NCBI GenBank assembly: GCA_002245135.1
Contig: NGBS01000603.1
Location: forward strand, 62,001 to 126,000
DNA from: Proteromonas lacertae
Taxonomy: Eukaryota
Length of the DNA stretch: 64,000 nucleotides
Direction: 5' to 3'
This document shows, one piece after another, positions 50,941 to 64,000 of the stretch. The notes below the pieces were generated by a model. That model was not told the DNA's origin and ran no database searches. It was given only the letters and a program-made list of their open reading frames with translations. A program made the position numbers and the translations under genes. Within the stretch, counting starts at the first letter, position 1, and each line of letters opens with the position of its first letter.

Positions 50941-52928
50941 ATGAAATACAGGATAGAAGAATTGGATGAATTGTATCATGAAATTGTAAATAATGGTAGT
51001 CATGATAGTTGTTGTGTGTTAATTTTAGTTTCAAATGATGTAGATTCACTTTGCGGATGTAAAATATTCACAGTATTAATATATAAAAAATAACAGTAAA
51101 TAGGACCTTCTCAAAAACGATGATATAATGTTTATGATTGAACCAGTTTTTGATGATAATAGTATATCCAGTATTGCTAGATAAATTTCAATGAAAAAGA
51201 AGATGTATAATTCCCTGTAATATAATCATTATTAGATAAGAAGTGTGGTATGTATCAATTGTTGTGGTAATTTGAATATTATGAGTGTTTTTAATCCAAC
51301 AGATGAAATGAAATTTTATGTATTCGACATACATCGACCTTTTGATATTTATAATATACACAATGATGGTGGGATATGTATAATAGATGATGGAAGAATA
51401 GACGATGTGCCAAATCCAGCATTATTACTACAAAACGAATCACAAGAAGAAGGAGAAGAGGAAGAAGAAGTAGAGGAAAATGAAGAAAATTCTGAAGAAA
51501 ATACTGAGGAAAATTCCCAAGAAAACAGTGAAGAAAACAGTATAAGAGAATCAGAATATGACTCAGAGAATATCACAGAAACAAATAGAAAAAGAAAAAG
51601 AAAGCAAATAGTGAATAAAAGAGAAGAGGTAACTAAAAAGATAAAGTTATATTATCGTGGTGATTATTTTGGTCTACCTGTCAGTCATATTATGTATTCA
51701 CTCTGTAAAGAATTATGTTGTGATAATAATGATAATTTATGGTATTGTTTGATAGGAATCACATTTCATTATTTATTTAATCATATCAATAGAATAGATT
51801 ATAATAATTTGGTTGAATGTTATAAAAGTGAAGTTTTAGATAAGAATGGATATGAATCAGAAGGTTCTTCTTCTTCTTCTACATTATCACCAACTTCAAT
51901 AATTACAAGGAAAATAGAAAATGGAAAGATTGAATATATTGATGAGTTGAATTTTGGACTATACAGATATTGGAACTTATATGAATCAATGAAATATAGT
52001 GAATATGTTAGTTGTAAATTGGGAGTGAATGAAAAGAAAGTAGAAGATAATCTTAAAGAATTTTTAGCTAAATCAGGGTTAAGTTTAAAAGAATGTACTG
52101 AAGAATATTCATTTATGTCATTATCAACTAAAAGAGAGATGTTTAATAAAATGAATAATTATATAGGTGAATTTGGATTAGATGAGTTTAATTATAGCTC
52201 TTTTACTCGAATTAGTAATTATAATGAAGAATATGGAGTTAGCTGATTTGGTTTATGGAATAAATGGAATCTTAGAGAATTATAAAATTATAAATTCTGA
52301 TGCTTTTAATAATAGTAGTGTTTTAATGAATATAGATAATAATAATAATAACAATATAATGAGTGAAATGTGGAAAGAAAAGTTTTATGAAGGTTATAAC
52401 TTATTATCAATAAATGAAAATAAGAAATTAATTGAAACATTCAGAAAAGGGATAGAAATGAGGAAAAGATTGGAAAGAGCGATAGTGAAAGTAAATACAG
52501 CAATATATGACCAACAGTTATTGAAAAATAGCGGAAAGTTCAGATATATTATATTGAACCAAATTAACAGTGCAGATTTGAATAATCTAATGACTCCTTG
52601 TTGTATTAATGAGTTATCGTCTTATATAACTAATGCTAATCATTGCTTTAAAAGATGGTTGAATAAAAACCAAAAACCGTTGGTTATATGCTGTCCTCTA
52701 AACTGTAGCAGTAAGTATTTAGTTTGCTGTTCAATGTGTAGTGAGAAAGGCCAATTGGAAAGAAATTCAATGGTTCCTGTTCTTGATAGAATTATCATCA
52801 CTAATGATACAATTGATTTGACAAAATTGAAAGAGAATGTATATCTGCTTGATATAAGCGACATTGAATTATTTATTGAATACTTGCACACAATGAGTAA
52901 TGAATCAGATAATTTAGAGAATATATAA
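50941..52928 (+). CDS. CDC45: DNA replication initiation factor Cdc45
   Basis: VLILVSNDVDSLCGCKI, INCCG, DIHRP, LYRYWNLYESM, FLAKSGLSL, ADLVY; frame breaks near 51180 and 52240. Confidence 0.92.
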
Positions 52929-53041
52929 AATTAGTTTTTTTTAATGTTCTTTTATATTTGATATATGTTTCTAACAAGATAAATACAAGAAAGTAAAAAT
53001 ACAAAAATATATTCGTTTTGTTTTTCATTTTTGTTTTTTTC

Positions 53042-54194
53042 ATGAAATCTTTCTTTATTGTCGTTCTTTGTTTATCTTGCGTATTAGGATGTTACAAGTA
53101 TTGTAATGGGCATGGTAGTTGTGGTCCAAAAGACAAGTGTGAGTGTTATATGGGTTGGGGAGGTGCTGATTGTTCTTTGAGTATAATAATATAAAATTAT
53201 TGTTTAAAATAGGAGCATGCCCATACGGAGAAGCTTTAGTTGATATTCCTTTAGGTGATTTAAATCACGATGGAAGTGTTACAACAGCTTCAGTAAAAAC
53301 AGAATGGAGACCTAAGTATGGCTTAAGTGAGAATTTAAAAGGATATGTCACAAAGAGCAGAGCTCACAGATATGCTGAATGTTCCAACAGTGGAAGTTGT
53401 GATAGAACAACTGGTGATTGTGTATGTTATAAAGGATATGAAGGAAGTGCTTGTCAACGTCGTAGTTGTCCTAGTAGTGTAGAAGGAGTAAGTTGTAGTG
53501 GAAATGGTGTTTGTATGAGTAGTACAGCTTATGCTAAAAGAACAAGGTAGTGCTTATTATGGATGGGAATTAGATAAATTCTTTACTTGTAAATGTGATG
53601 CTGGTTATGAAGGTGTTGATTGTAGTTTAAGACAATGTCCAATGGGTTTAGATCCAGTTGAATATGCTGGTTCAATTGCTAAATTTGAAGTAAGTATTGC
53701 TACAACAGTAGATATTACAAGTAATAGTTATATTTTAGAGTTAAGTTATGATGGTATTTCATATCCCACTCCAACTATTAGTAAATTTGATTTAAAGTAG
53801 AATATGTAATAGTTTTCCAGCTAAAGATACTTATTCTATTTCATCCTATCAAGAAGAAATGAAAAGAGCAATTCAAACAATTCCTCCACTTACACAATCA
53901 TCAATACAAATATCATGTAAGCTGCTAATAATGCAGCTACAAATAACAGTAACAATAGATTCAGTAGATCCACTTAAATTCTTAGCTAATTCAGCTGCAT
54001 TGAAAGTATCAGGAGGAAGTACATCATTTACCAAAAGTTTATCTAAATCAGATGGAACAGAAATCACAGATCCAAAGACTATTTCGAAATTATGTTCTGG
54101 AAGAGGTTTATGTGATTCAAAGACTGGATTATGTAGTTGTTTCCAAGGTTATTATGGATATGCTTGTGAAAATCAAAGAACTATTCAATTGTAG
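53042..54194 (+). CDS. Stramenopile tubular-mastigoneme protein (Sig1/Ocm1 family, EGF-like)
   Basis: Signal peptide; [59 protein letters not shown]; terminal [17 protein letters not shown]; +1 break near 53538. Confidence 0.85.
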
Positions 54195-54256
54195 ATAAAA
54201 AATAAAATAAAAACACATTAATTTATAAACTCTATTCTAAAATAAAAATATATTGT

Positions 54257-57200
54257 TTATTGTGGATTAAATCCTCTAAAATATTCATTTTCATTCTTTT
54301 CATTCTTCTTCTTTTGATTTATTTCTGTTGATTCATCTCTTCTTGGTGGAATTGGAGGTGGTGAAAAAGATCTTGGTGGAGGTTGAGATAATTTCTCTCC
54401 TTTACCTTCATTAACAATACCAAAATTCAAATTATCAGTTTTTGTTGCAGTGGTTGGAGATCTAGGTGAAGGAGAACTATATATTTTTGATTTACTTCTG
54501 GTAGGTGTCTTTGCTGGTGGATATGGCTTTTCAAATGGTAATGCATATACTTCTATTCCATCACTGATATCTTCATCTTCTTCTTCAACATTATCATCAT
54601 AAACATTATCATTATAACCATTTTTATCACTTTCTTTTATTCTTCTACCTATTGTAGCTGACTTAATATCTCTATAATTCCTCACTTTCTGTTTTTCATT
54701 ACCAACACCTCCTCTTGTTTTCCCACTACTAATTCTATTTGGCCTTCTAACTGGTGGTGCACTTGTTGGAACTTCACTTCTGTATAATTCATACATTGCT
54801 ATCAATTCTTCTTCTAAATCACTACTCAAAACATCATTATTCACATCTACTTCTTTTGATCTACTACTATATCTTTCTCTTTCTATTTTATTATCATTTA
54901 TGGATATTTGACTTTCAGGATAAGACTTTGAATCTTTTGGATTTATCATAATCTTTCCTTTATTGTCATTTTTATCATCAGATTTCTTCAGTTTTCTATT
55001 CTTCTTATAATCATGATTAATTGAAAGATTGGTAAAAGACACTCTATTCTTTAGATTTGGTGGAGGTGTTGGAGTATTGATAATAACTTCTCGTGATATT
55101 AAACCACTTGGATAAACACGACTAACAAATATATCATCGTCTTTAGTATCATCTTTTGTTAAATTATGAATAGGAGGAATAGGAAAATTGATTACTGTAC
55201 ATTCTGCTTTATTCTTTAAACTAACACCAGTTACATTGGGAGATGTACTTCTTGACGAACTGTTTGAATGATTCACAGGTTGTGGTAAGGAAGCAGGTAA
55301 ATATGATAAATATACTTTACCCTTTTCATTTGTCAATGGTTGTTGTTTATCTAAAAATTCTTGTGAATTCTTGAAGTTAGTTGGTAAATTCTCTTTAGGT
55401 GGTGAATTGCTTCTTGAATAACTGAAGTAATTGACAGTCCGATATTCAATTCCATCTGTAGGTTCTGGTGACTTAGGTGGTCTTTTTGGTGGAGAATTTG
55501 ATCTTGACTTTATTTCTACAGATTCAGTTTGTTGATCAAAATCTTTAAGTAAATCATTAGTTGTATATTCTTCTTCATTTTTACCATCTTTTTCTGTTAT
55601 AAAAACTCTATCTTTTGGAGGACTAATTGGACTAACCATTCCATCTTTTCTCATTTCTCTTTCATTATATTCTCCATAGATAATACCATTATTATCTTTC
55701 CTATAAGATCTATAACTTGGATCTAAATAACCTATGTAATTACATGTTCCTGCTTTATTATCATTCTTTATTATAGCACCACTATATACACTTGTAGCAC
55801 AAGATTGAGGTCTTTTAACTGTTGGAATCATTATGTCTTTATTGTTATTCATTTCTGATTGAGGTCTACCTTCAACATGTGGTTGTGGTTCAACTATTTC
55901 TATTGGCTCAGTATTTGTACCACGACTTATTGTTGTTATTGGTTCTTTTTCTTCTATTTCTTTAGATAATTTCGATCTTCTATTCTTCACTTCTTTTCCT
56001 AATTCACTTCCTTTTATTCCACTTGTAACATTATCATATTTTGATGATCTTCTTTTGTTTTTATCTCCACTTAGTTCTTCAATTGTCAATAGATATTTCT
56101 TATCATCTTCTTCACTAAATTCATCACTATCATTGTCATTATAATTACCAAATCTTGATTCTGGTCTATTTAAATTTGATTTTCTAATACTATTTCTCTT
56201 TTGAGGTTTAAATGGTGAATTCCTAATAGCTTTTATTGAATCTTCCAAGGTTTTATTCCTCATTTTTTCACATTCATACATTGTATACCAATAATCACTT
56301 TGTTTCTTAATAACATTTGGAGCTATAACATTATCAGGAACAACTTTATTTGGTTGATTTCTAATAGATTCTTCTAATTCATGATATTTTTGATTAGCAA
56401 ATTCTAATTGATTTCTTAAATGTTCATTCTGCTTTTCATACTCTTCTTCCACATCAATTTCTTCTATTTTCATTGAAGCTCCTTGTATTCTTAGTTTACT
56501 AATATCTATTGCTTCTACTTCCGTACAATACTTCTCTTTTTCTGCGTATTTAATATAGGCATCTCTACTAAGATCTAAATATTTATATTTGTTATTATCA
56601 AATCTACTTGCATTGAATTTTGAAGGTGATTTCTCTAATATTGAATCAGGTGATGATACTCTTTCACAAGTTACGATATTATCAATTCTTCTATCAAATA
56701 TATACTTACTACTATTCAAGTCTTCTTTAAACATTAAGAATTTTTCATATTGTTGTTTATTATGTTCTATTCTATTCTCTAAATTCTCAGAATAACTTTC
56801 AAGAATGGATCTTAATACCATATTTGATTCACTTATATAACATGGCGGATAATGTGATAATGTAAGTTTTGATTTTCTTGTGTTTGGATAATTCATAATG
56901 TTTTGATTGTCCTTTTCTTTCAATTCTTCAATAAACATCAATTCATTTTCTTCACTTTCTCTGTATATTTCTTCTCTATCATTGTATAATAATCTCAATT
57001 GATTTAATGTATTGAAATAGATACTTTCTTCTGTATTCTCTTTTTCACTATCTAATTTCTCATTGAACTCTTTATACAGTTCTTCAATCGCTTTATTGAT
57101 GATTTTGATTTTATTTATATAATGTCTTCTAGTTGAACCATTTGAACTGGCAGCTTGATAATGTAATTCTTCCAACTGTAATAAAAGATTATGTAAAGGT

Positions 57201-59279
57201 ATATAATATGATTCATAAATTGGCATTGTTTCTATATCACAATTCTTCATTTGATAAGAACATATTTCCATGAAATAATCAATCATTCTATTAATTCCAT
57301 TTACTCTTTCATTTTCTCTTAATAATAATTGTTCAAAGTTATAATATGTTATTTCATCTCTATATAAATTCTCTCTTTTCAGTAATGTATTATACTTTTT
57401 TTCTATATCAGAAAACATCTCTAATCTTGTTTGGTACATTCCTATTTCTTCCATTGCTTTCTTCAATCTTTTTGTTAAGTCTAATATCTGTAATTTATCT
57501 TTATTTGCTTCTTCATTCTTCTTTGCTGATGATATTGATCTCATTCTATCTCTTTCTGATTGAGAGATTTTACTTGAATTTTCTGCTGCTTTTAATGCTA
57601 TTTTTAAACCTTCAATTTGTTCTTCATATTCATTTTGTAGTCTTTTTCTTTCTTCTATTAATTTCTTCCTGAAGTAATCTTCATTATCATTCAAATCTTT
57701 CTCCAATTGTCTCATCTTTTCTTCTAATAATTTATACTTTTCATCATGATTCTTTCTTGTAGAAGATGATGATATTTTGGGTGGTAATCCTTTTGCATTT
57801 GCATTTGTATTGGCATTTGTATTCATTACAGAATTACTGGAATTTGGTGTAACTGTATTGGCTGGTGGTTCTTTCTTTTTATCATTTACTGTTTTATCTT
57901 TTCTGTTTCTTCCTCTCATTTGAGCTTGTAATTGGTTAATTGTATTTCTCAATTCTTCAATTAATTTATCTTTTTCTTCAGAGGCTTTATTCAAATCATT
58001 CAATTTCTTTTGTAATAGTATCAAATTAGCTTCACTATCTTCATATATTCTTAACTTATTCTCATATAATTCTTTCAACTTCTTTATTGTTTCTTCTAAT
58101 ACTTCAATTCTTTTAGTCATTTTTTCAATCATTCCTAAGAATTTCTTTCTAGAATCATCCAATATATCTCTATAATCTTCACAAGCTCCTTCGAAACGTC
58201 TCTTTTACGTCATTCACTAGTTGAACTCCTAGTTTCTTATTGGCTATTGCATTTTCTCTTAATAGATCTTCTCTTTCTTTTTGCCATTCCATTTCTTTCA
58301 TTGCTGTCATATTTCTTTCTTCTTGAATTGCTGAATTTAGTTTCTGTATTTTAAACTGTAAGTCACCTGAATTATTCTCATTCTTTATTTGTAAATCATG
58401 AGCTTCTACTTGAATTGCTCTTTTTTTCATCCTTTCTTCATCTAATAATCTTTGTAATTCTTCTATTCGTTTTTCATAATCCATTTTCTGTTTTTCTTTA
58501 TCTCTCAAACATACATCCACATATTCGTTTAAATGTCTTTCTGCATTAGATGCTTTGATTCTGTAAAAATTGATTTGTTCATCAGTAATTTCTTCTTCTG
58601 GTTTATCCTCCAAATCTAAGTAATGATTAATCCTTAACCAAGCATCGTGAGGTATTAAGTGTTCTGGATGACTTCTCTTTTCAAACACTAAACCATGTAA
58701 GGAGATATATTCGACATAGAATTTATCTCTATGTATTTCCATTTGACGTATTCGAGTGTCTAATTGATTTCTTAATATATCTATTTTTGCTGTTGATTCT
58801 TTGTTTAGATCATTGGCTGAGTCTAATTGTGTTTTTAATTGGTCAATTTTCTAGTTTGCGTTAAATATTATAATATATACAGCTTTCTTTTCCCTTAGTT
58901 TGCCTTTTAGGAATTTAACTTTCTCATTTAATTCATATGAACCGTCTATTGAGTTTAAAACATCTATTCCTAAATTTTCTCTCAACATGGATCTAATTTC
59001 CTTATCTGTGACTGGTTACTGGATCTATTAGCATCTTCTACAGGCATCTCTGGGCTTTCTATAACATATTTGTTTCTGTTCTTCATATCTCTCAGTTTTA
59101 AAACCTAAAATAATATATAAAATGATTTTCTATACAGAGTTTCTTAATTTTTGACTCTGTTTAGCTATCTCTATCTCTAATAAACCCATATCTGAAAATA
59201 TTCCTTTATCTTCTTTCTTATTTGGATGACTCATTAATATATCATAGATTTCCTGGTTGTTTGGACTTGTTTGTGTCAT
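54257..59279 (-). CDS. Large coiled-coil protein with low-complexity Pro/Ser-rich C-terminus
   Basis: Two introns near the 5' end; ORFs 58179..58742 and 54257..58162 join with a +1 correction near 58188; another break near 59015. Confidence 0.7.
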
Positions 59280-59399
59280 TCTTCACAAAAAAATAAAAAA
59301 TAACTGTTTTTAAAGAATTAGACCTTTCATAGTGAAAAATACTAAAAACTTCAAAAAACAACGAATATATAATAAAAATAATTATTACTTATGCTATGT

Positions 59400-60033
59400 T
59401 TAAGGTATATCATCAGGTGTATGTTCAGGAATCTATAAAACAAAAATAAATAGAAAAATCAATACAACAACTTTCATTCCATCTAATTCACGTGTCAACA
59501 CAATCTGAGATGCAAGACGAGAACTATTTTTAAAATAGATTAAATATTAGATATTATACTTTGGTGACTTTGGTACATAATAAATTTCATCAATAATTTC
59601 TTTCTCTTCTTGTTGCATAGGTGGTAATTTTGATAAGTATTCTTTTGGTTATGAAAACTTGACTAGCATTACTTACTGGACCTTCACCAAAAAGATCTTC
59701 ACTCCATCTTGGAGTTCTATTTTTTCTTACTGGTGCTCCAGAATTGCCAAAGTGTGTTCCACCAATTTCAATTTGATTATTCATTGCAGTCTGTAAGAGT
59801 GTATCACCTACTCTTCCTTTTACAGTTTTCGAACTTCCATCTTCATGTTTAATAAATTGAATTTGGATTCTATATTTTTAAATATATAAATTCATTCATT
59901 ATAGCCATACGTGTTATTTAAGTGGGAATCTTGAAAAATACCATAAACAAAAGCTAATCGTTTACAAATGGATGAATATACTTCTGGCAAGTGGTTTAGA
60001 ATAACCAGTAAGTTTTGTGAATCGAGATAACAT
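59400..60033 (-). CDS. Mitochondrial complex I-associated ferredoxin-like protein (C1-FDX/NDUFX-like), cysteine-free
   Basis: Presequence; GRVGDTLL, LSKLPP..EEKEI, SRLASQIVLTRELDGMKVVIPEHTPDDIP resembles the C1-FDX C-terminus; four introns; +1 break near 59645. Confidence 0.72.
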
Positions 60034-60153
60034 CAAAATCAAAAATAAATACTCAAGCCAAAACTTGTTTGATGGGATATTTAAAAATGAATAATCCTAT
60101 TTAAACTGTTTGATAGTTTTTATAAAGTTTTATTTACTCTATTTCTATTCTAA

Positions 60154-60844
60154 ATGATATTACGTCCAGCAACAGGTGTTGGTTTTTTCCGTGTATATTT
60201 AATATCTCTCTATTAAAATGCATTAGACTATTTATTATGGATTACTTCAACATGGTTGGAGAGGTTCTTTAAGACAACTTTGTCAGATGGGTGAAATGAG
60301 AGTAGGAACATTAAGAGGAACTGATGAGTTTGGAAATAGATATTATGAAAACACAAAGTATCAATTTGCTAGAGATAGATGGGTTGAATATGCAAATTTA
60401 TGGCATTATGATATGTCTCAAGTTCCTGCAGCTTGGTATGGATGGCTTGCACACATGACAGATATGGTTCCAGAAGAGCTAGCTGCTGCTATGAAGAGTG
60501 TTCAAACTAATAAAATTGTGGAAAGGAGTGATGCTATATATGATACAAACGTTGGTTTAAGCCAAGAACCATTTATAGAGAATCAAACATGTATTTTTCA
60601 TTTTATATCATGAATAGATTTCCGTCCTCGTGGTTACAAAGTTGAAGGTTATAATGACGGTTGGGGTGCTCATCCTGATGTTGTAAATAGTCATGATTTA
60701 AGAGTAAGTCATCAATTACATCCAGAATTTGAAATGAACGAAGACCAGTTCAGCGAATATGAAGGTAAATTAGGAGATATGAAGGATAAGAAGCTGACCA
60801 CAGGACCACATAAGATATTGACAGATTTAAGTGAAGAAAAGTAA
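60154..60844 (+). CDS. NDUFA12: NADH:ubiquinone oxidoreductase subunit A12 (B17.2)
   Basis: GTLRGTDEFGNRYYE...RDRWVEY...SQVPAAWYGWLAH; two introns. Confidence 0.93.
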
Positions 60845-61185
60845 GGTGTTTTTAAACAATGTTTAAAATTATTCTTAATTATTATTGTTATTATTATCAG
60901 TTTTGTTTTGGATTCTTTTTTAAACTGAAAAGAATATATTGTCATAATAAATCCTTTAATTTAAGGCTGAAGGTTATACTCTACATGAGATATGTATAAC
61001 ATAGCAGATATAATGGTTTCAAGATAAAAACAATAAATATTTAACTGCGTTGCATGATGTTTCTTCAAATATGCAAATTAAATTTTGATGAGGTTTGAAC
61101 AGATCGTGTTTTATTTATTTTGCGTTATAGATTATAGATCCACGATAATAAATTAAGTCATATAGAAATTTACATTAATTGAATC

Positions 61186-62599
61186 ATGATGAACTATAAT
61201 TCCAACAAGAGCCATTCAAACTTTGAATCTCAAATTAAAAAGAAGAAAGTACAGAAAAAGGAAGAATGGAATCCATATCAGCCACCACATCTAGTATATA
61301 TTTATTTTATTTATCGTAAGATCATGAATTCGCGTATGGTTTTAATTCAACAATTAAACATGAATAAAGAATTATTGAGTCCATATGTATCAGCAAGATC
61401 AAATAGAAAACCAAAGACGAAGATCAGGTCTTTACTGTGCCTGGTTACTGAAAAAGAAACAAATACACCAGGAGCGATGCTTGGTCCATGTCGAACACAC
61501 ATTAAAAAGGATGGTGAAACCCAAACTGATAAAGAAGATTTCGAACGTAAAAGGTCATTTATTAAACAAATTACACCAAGGAATGTTCGAGAAGCAAGAG
61601 AAAAGGAAGGAAGACTTGACGATTTTGCAGGTGAATTTGTACATAATTTAATCCCTGAAGTACTAGAAGAAATATACATTGAAAAAATAGATAAAATAGC
61701 CAAAATCACAATAGAAAATATAATACACAAATTAGAAGAAGAAGAAATTGATGAAGCAATTAAAATAGTTGTACCAGCCTGTATAGATTCACTAATGACA
61801 GAAGTAATACAAATCCAAGAAGAAGAAGCTGCAGAAGCAGAAGCAGCTGAGTTAAAAAGATTAGAAGAAATCGATGATTTACCAGGAAGAATAGTGAAAA
61901 GTATAGCAGGAATAGATATTTCTCATTATGTAAACGTTGGCGATTTTTCACCAATGACTCCAATTACAGAAAGAGATGACTATGCGGATATGCAACCGAA
62001 TGATATTCTTAAAGATCCAATCACAAGAGCATTTCTAAAAGCATATTTAATAAAGTGCTATCAAGAAGAATCAATAGTATTTTGGGAGATTGTACATGAA
62101 TTAAAGGATATTTCGAATAGAATTACTAAAAAGGAGAGGAAGAGATATTGTAAAGAGATATATGATACTTTTATTAGTGATGGTTCGAAAATGGAGATTA
62201 ATATAAATAGTGACATGAAGAATAGAATAAAAGAAACGTTGAAAAGAAATGGTGATGATGCTTCTATGTTTGATGATGCTGAAGATGAGATGGCAAAGTT
62301 GATTATTGCTAATAATTTCAATGATTTCAAGAAATCTGATTTTCATAAGAAATCAAGGGCAATTCAAAAATGGTTTTCTATATTTCCAAAGTTTGATAAT
62401 GATTTGAGTATTGCAATAGCTGAATCAATCAGTTATAGTCGTAGAACTGCATATATTGGACAATATTGTATATCTATTCATTATTCTGTTTTCTATTATT
62501 ATAGTCCCTCCTCCAAAGGATGTTGTATCTGAAACAAACAGAATTAGAAAGTTGATGGCTAGTTTGATGAGTTTCTTTGAAGATTTGTTTGGAGCGTAA
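61186..62599 (+). CDS. RGS-domain protein
   Basis: ILKDPITRAFLKAYL...EESIVFWE...EIYDTFI...EININ...FDDAEDE...FNDFKKS; last intron near 62468-62504. Confidence 0.85.
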
Positions 62600-62793
62600 A
62601 TTAATTATTATAATTAATATCTATTATACTGTATTCTTATCTATTGCTACATATATTTAATTTTGAAAAAAAAGAGCACGATCTGAGTTCAGTTATAAGT
62701 TTTGTTATTTTATCAAAAATATTCTCGTCCTTCGATATTTTACCAATTAACAAAACAAATATATAATATTTAGACTTATATTTTTACTTATAA

Positions 62794-64000
62794 ATGATAT
62801 TAGCACATCCGCTTCAGTCATATCCCACATCAGAGAAAAGAAGAGGAGATAACACAGAGATCATCAAAAAATGATATTTATCGAGTGAATTATATTGCTC
62901 CAGCACCATCGACTGTATTATTGACATACATTTTTCAATAGATAAACCAATATTGAGTTGTAGATCTAATAAAATAACATAGGTAATAATAAGAAGTATC
63001 TTCTGTCATCACCAATACATTGTGGTAGAAAATCGGAATTATAGTCCAAGAATTTGTATAATTAAACATATTTATATATTGTGATTTATAGTATCACCTG
63101 TTAGTATGGATGTATCTACTAATACAAAAGGTCCAATGAAAGGAATGTGTAAAACACGAAGATATGTCTCTAATTGCACTCAAACAAGTGAAATAGAATT
63201 TGAACCAATCGATTTATCTGTCAATACATCAAAACAAAATAGAAAGAGTAAATCAGATGACAATGATGCTGATAAAACAAATAGAAAAAGTGTATTAAGT
63301 GAAGAAGGTGATGAATATTCAAATATTACACCAATGCATCAACTCAAATTGAACAAAAAAGAGAATAATCAAAATGACATGATGAGAAGAAGAAGAAGAA
63401 AGAGGAGAAATAGAAGAAATAAAAGAGGTTCTGGCTATTTATTAAGAAATGCAATCAACAATAGATATATGAAGTTACAGAAAAACAAAGATGGTCAATT
63501 TGTAGATGAAAATGGTAAAGTAGTTGAAGGAATTAAAGAAGGAGAAGATGGTAGAATATTAGTTGAAAAAGTTGGCGAAGATGGTAAAGTATATTATGAA
63601 GCAGAAGGATTTGAATATGAAGAAGAAGAAGATGAAGATGATGATAGAGGAGAAGAAGAAGATGATGATGATTTTGAAGGAAATGATGAATTTAATAAAG
63701 AAGGAAATGAAGATGATAAAAAAATAGAAACAGAAGTGAAGAAATGTATTGATTCAATGATTGATATAATTGAAAAAGAATCGAAAAATACTATAAGCAA
63801 TTCATTAGAATCCAGAGCTAGAAATAGTATTGCACATTTGAATTTCAATTATTTGGAGAAGTTGAAAATAATATCTGAGACTGATTCACCATTTGCTAAT
63901 TCTCCTTTATTATCACCAAATAATGGTACAGAATCAGATACTGATAAAAAAGATAGAACTGAAAAGTGTAATAAAATATTAGCTGATCCAATATTAAGAG
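62794..64000 (+). CDS. Probable paralog of the adjacent RGS-domain protein (partial)
   Basis: Open frame from about 63092 to the window end with PMKGMCKT...TQTS (compare AMLGPCRT...TQTD), ending ILADPILR like an RGS start; 5' exons are frame-disrupted. Confidence 0.55.

Noticed and set aside
53761..53809. Possible third AT-AA intron (ATATCCCA...TGTAA), which is in frame
   Set aside because: The 5' site and branch site are poor matches, the removed YPTPTI looks like coding sequence, and a GT-AG intron 53781-53820 also keeps the frame. Still worth checking in cDNA.
1..64000. CRISPR arrays, intact transposons, rRNA or recognisable snRNA genes
   Set aside because: No spaced direct repeats, transposase or reverse-transcriptase motifs, or conserved rRNA/snRNA sequences were seen; only microsatellites.

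Overview
Gene-dense, very AT-rich eukaryotic nuclear DNA with about 25 protein genes and one tRNA-Gly(TCC). Intergenic spacers are short and spliceosomal introns are tiny (mostly about 25-40 nt, GTAT...TAG), so the ORF track fragments most genes; gene models below were spliced by eye. An axonemal inner-arm dynein (DNAH10/I1-alpha type), a Sig1/Ocm1-type mastigoneme protein, complex I subunits and the mini-introns point to a flagellated stramenopile, consistent with the Blastocystis/Proteromonas group (inference). The strongest unusual signal is two independent, longer introns with a minor-spliceosome (U12) 5' site ATATCCTT and a TTCTTTAAT branch site. Both end in TGTAA|G and restore the reading frame as AT-AA introns, and no AT-AC intron was seen. 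Other notable items: an EST1/SMG6-like domain fused to a Regnase-type NYN nuclease; an EGF receptor-like protein with a cytoplasmic zinc finger and adaptin-ear domain; a BAG-HSP20 fusion behind a clear heat-shock element; a cysteine-free complex I ferredoxin head-to-head with NDUFA12; and a patch of decayed gene fragments. About 20 frame breaks, mostly explicable as one duplicated base, are most likely assembly errors.
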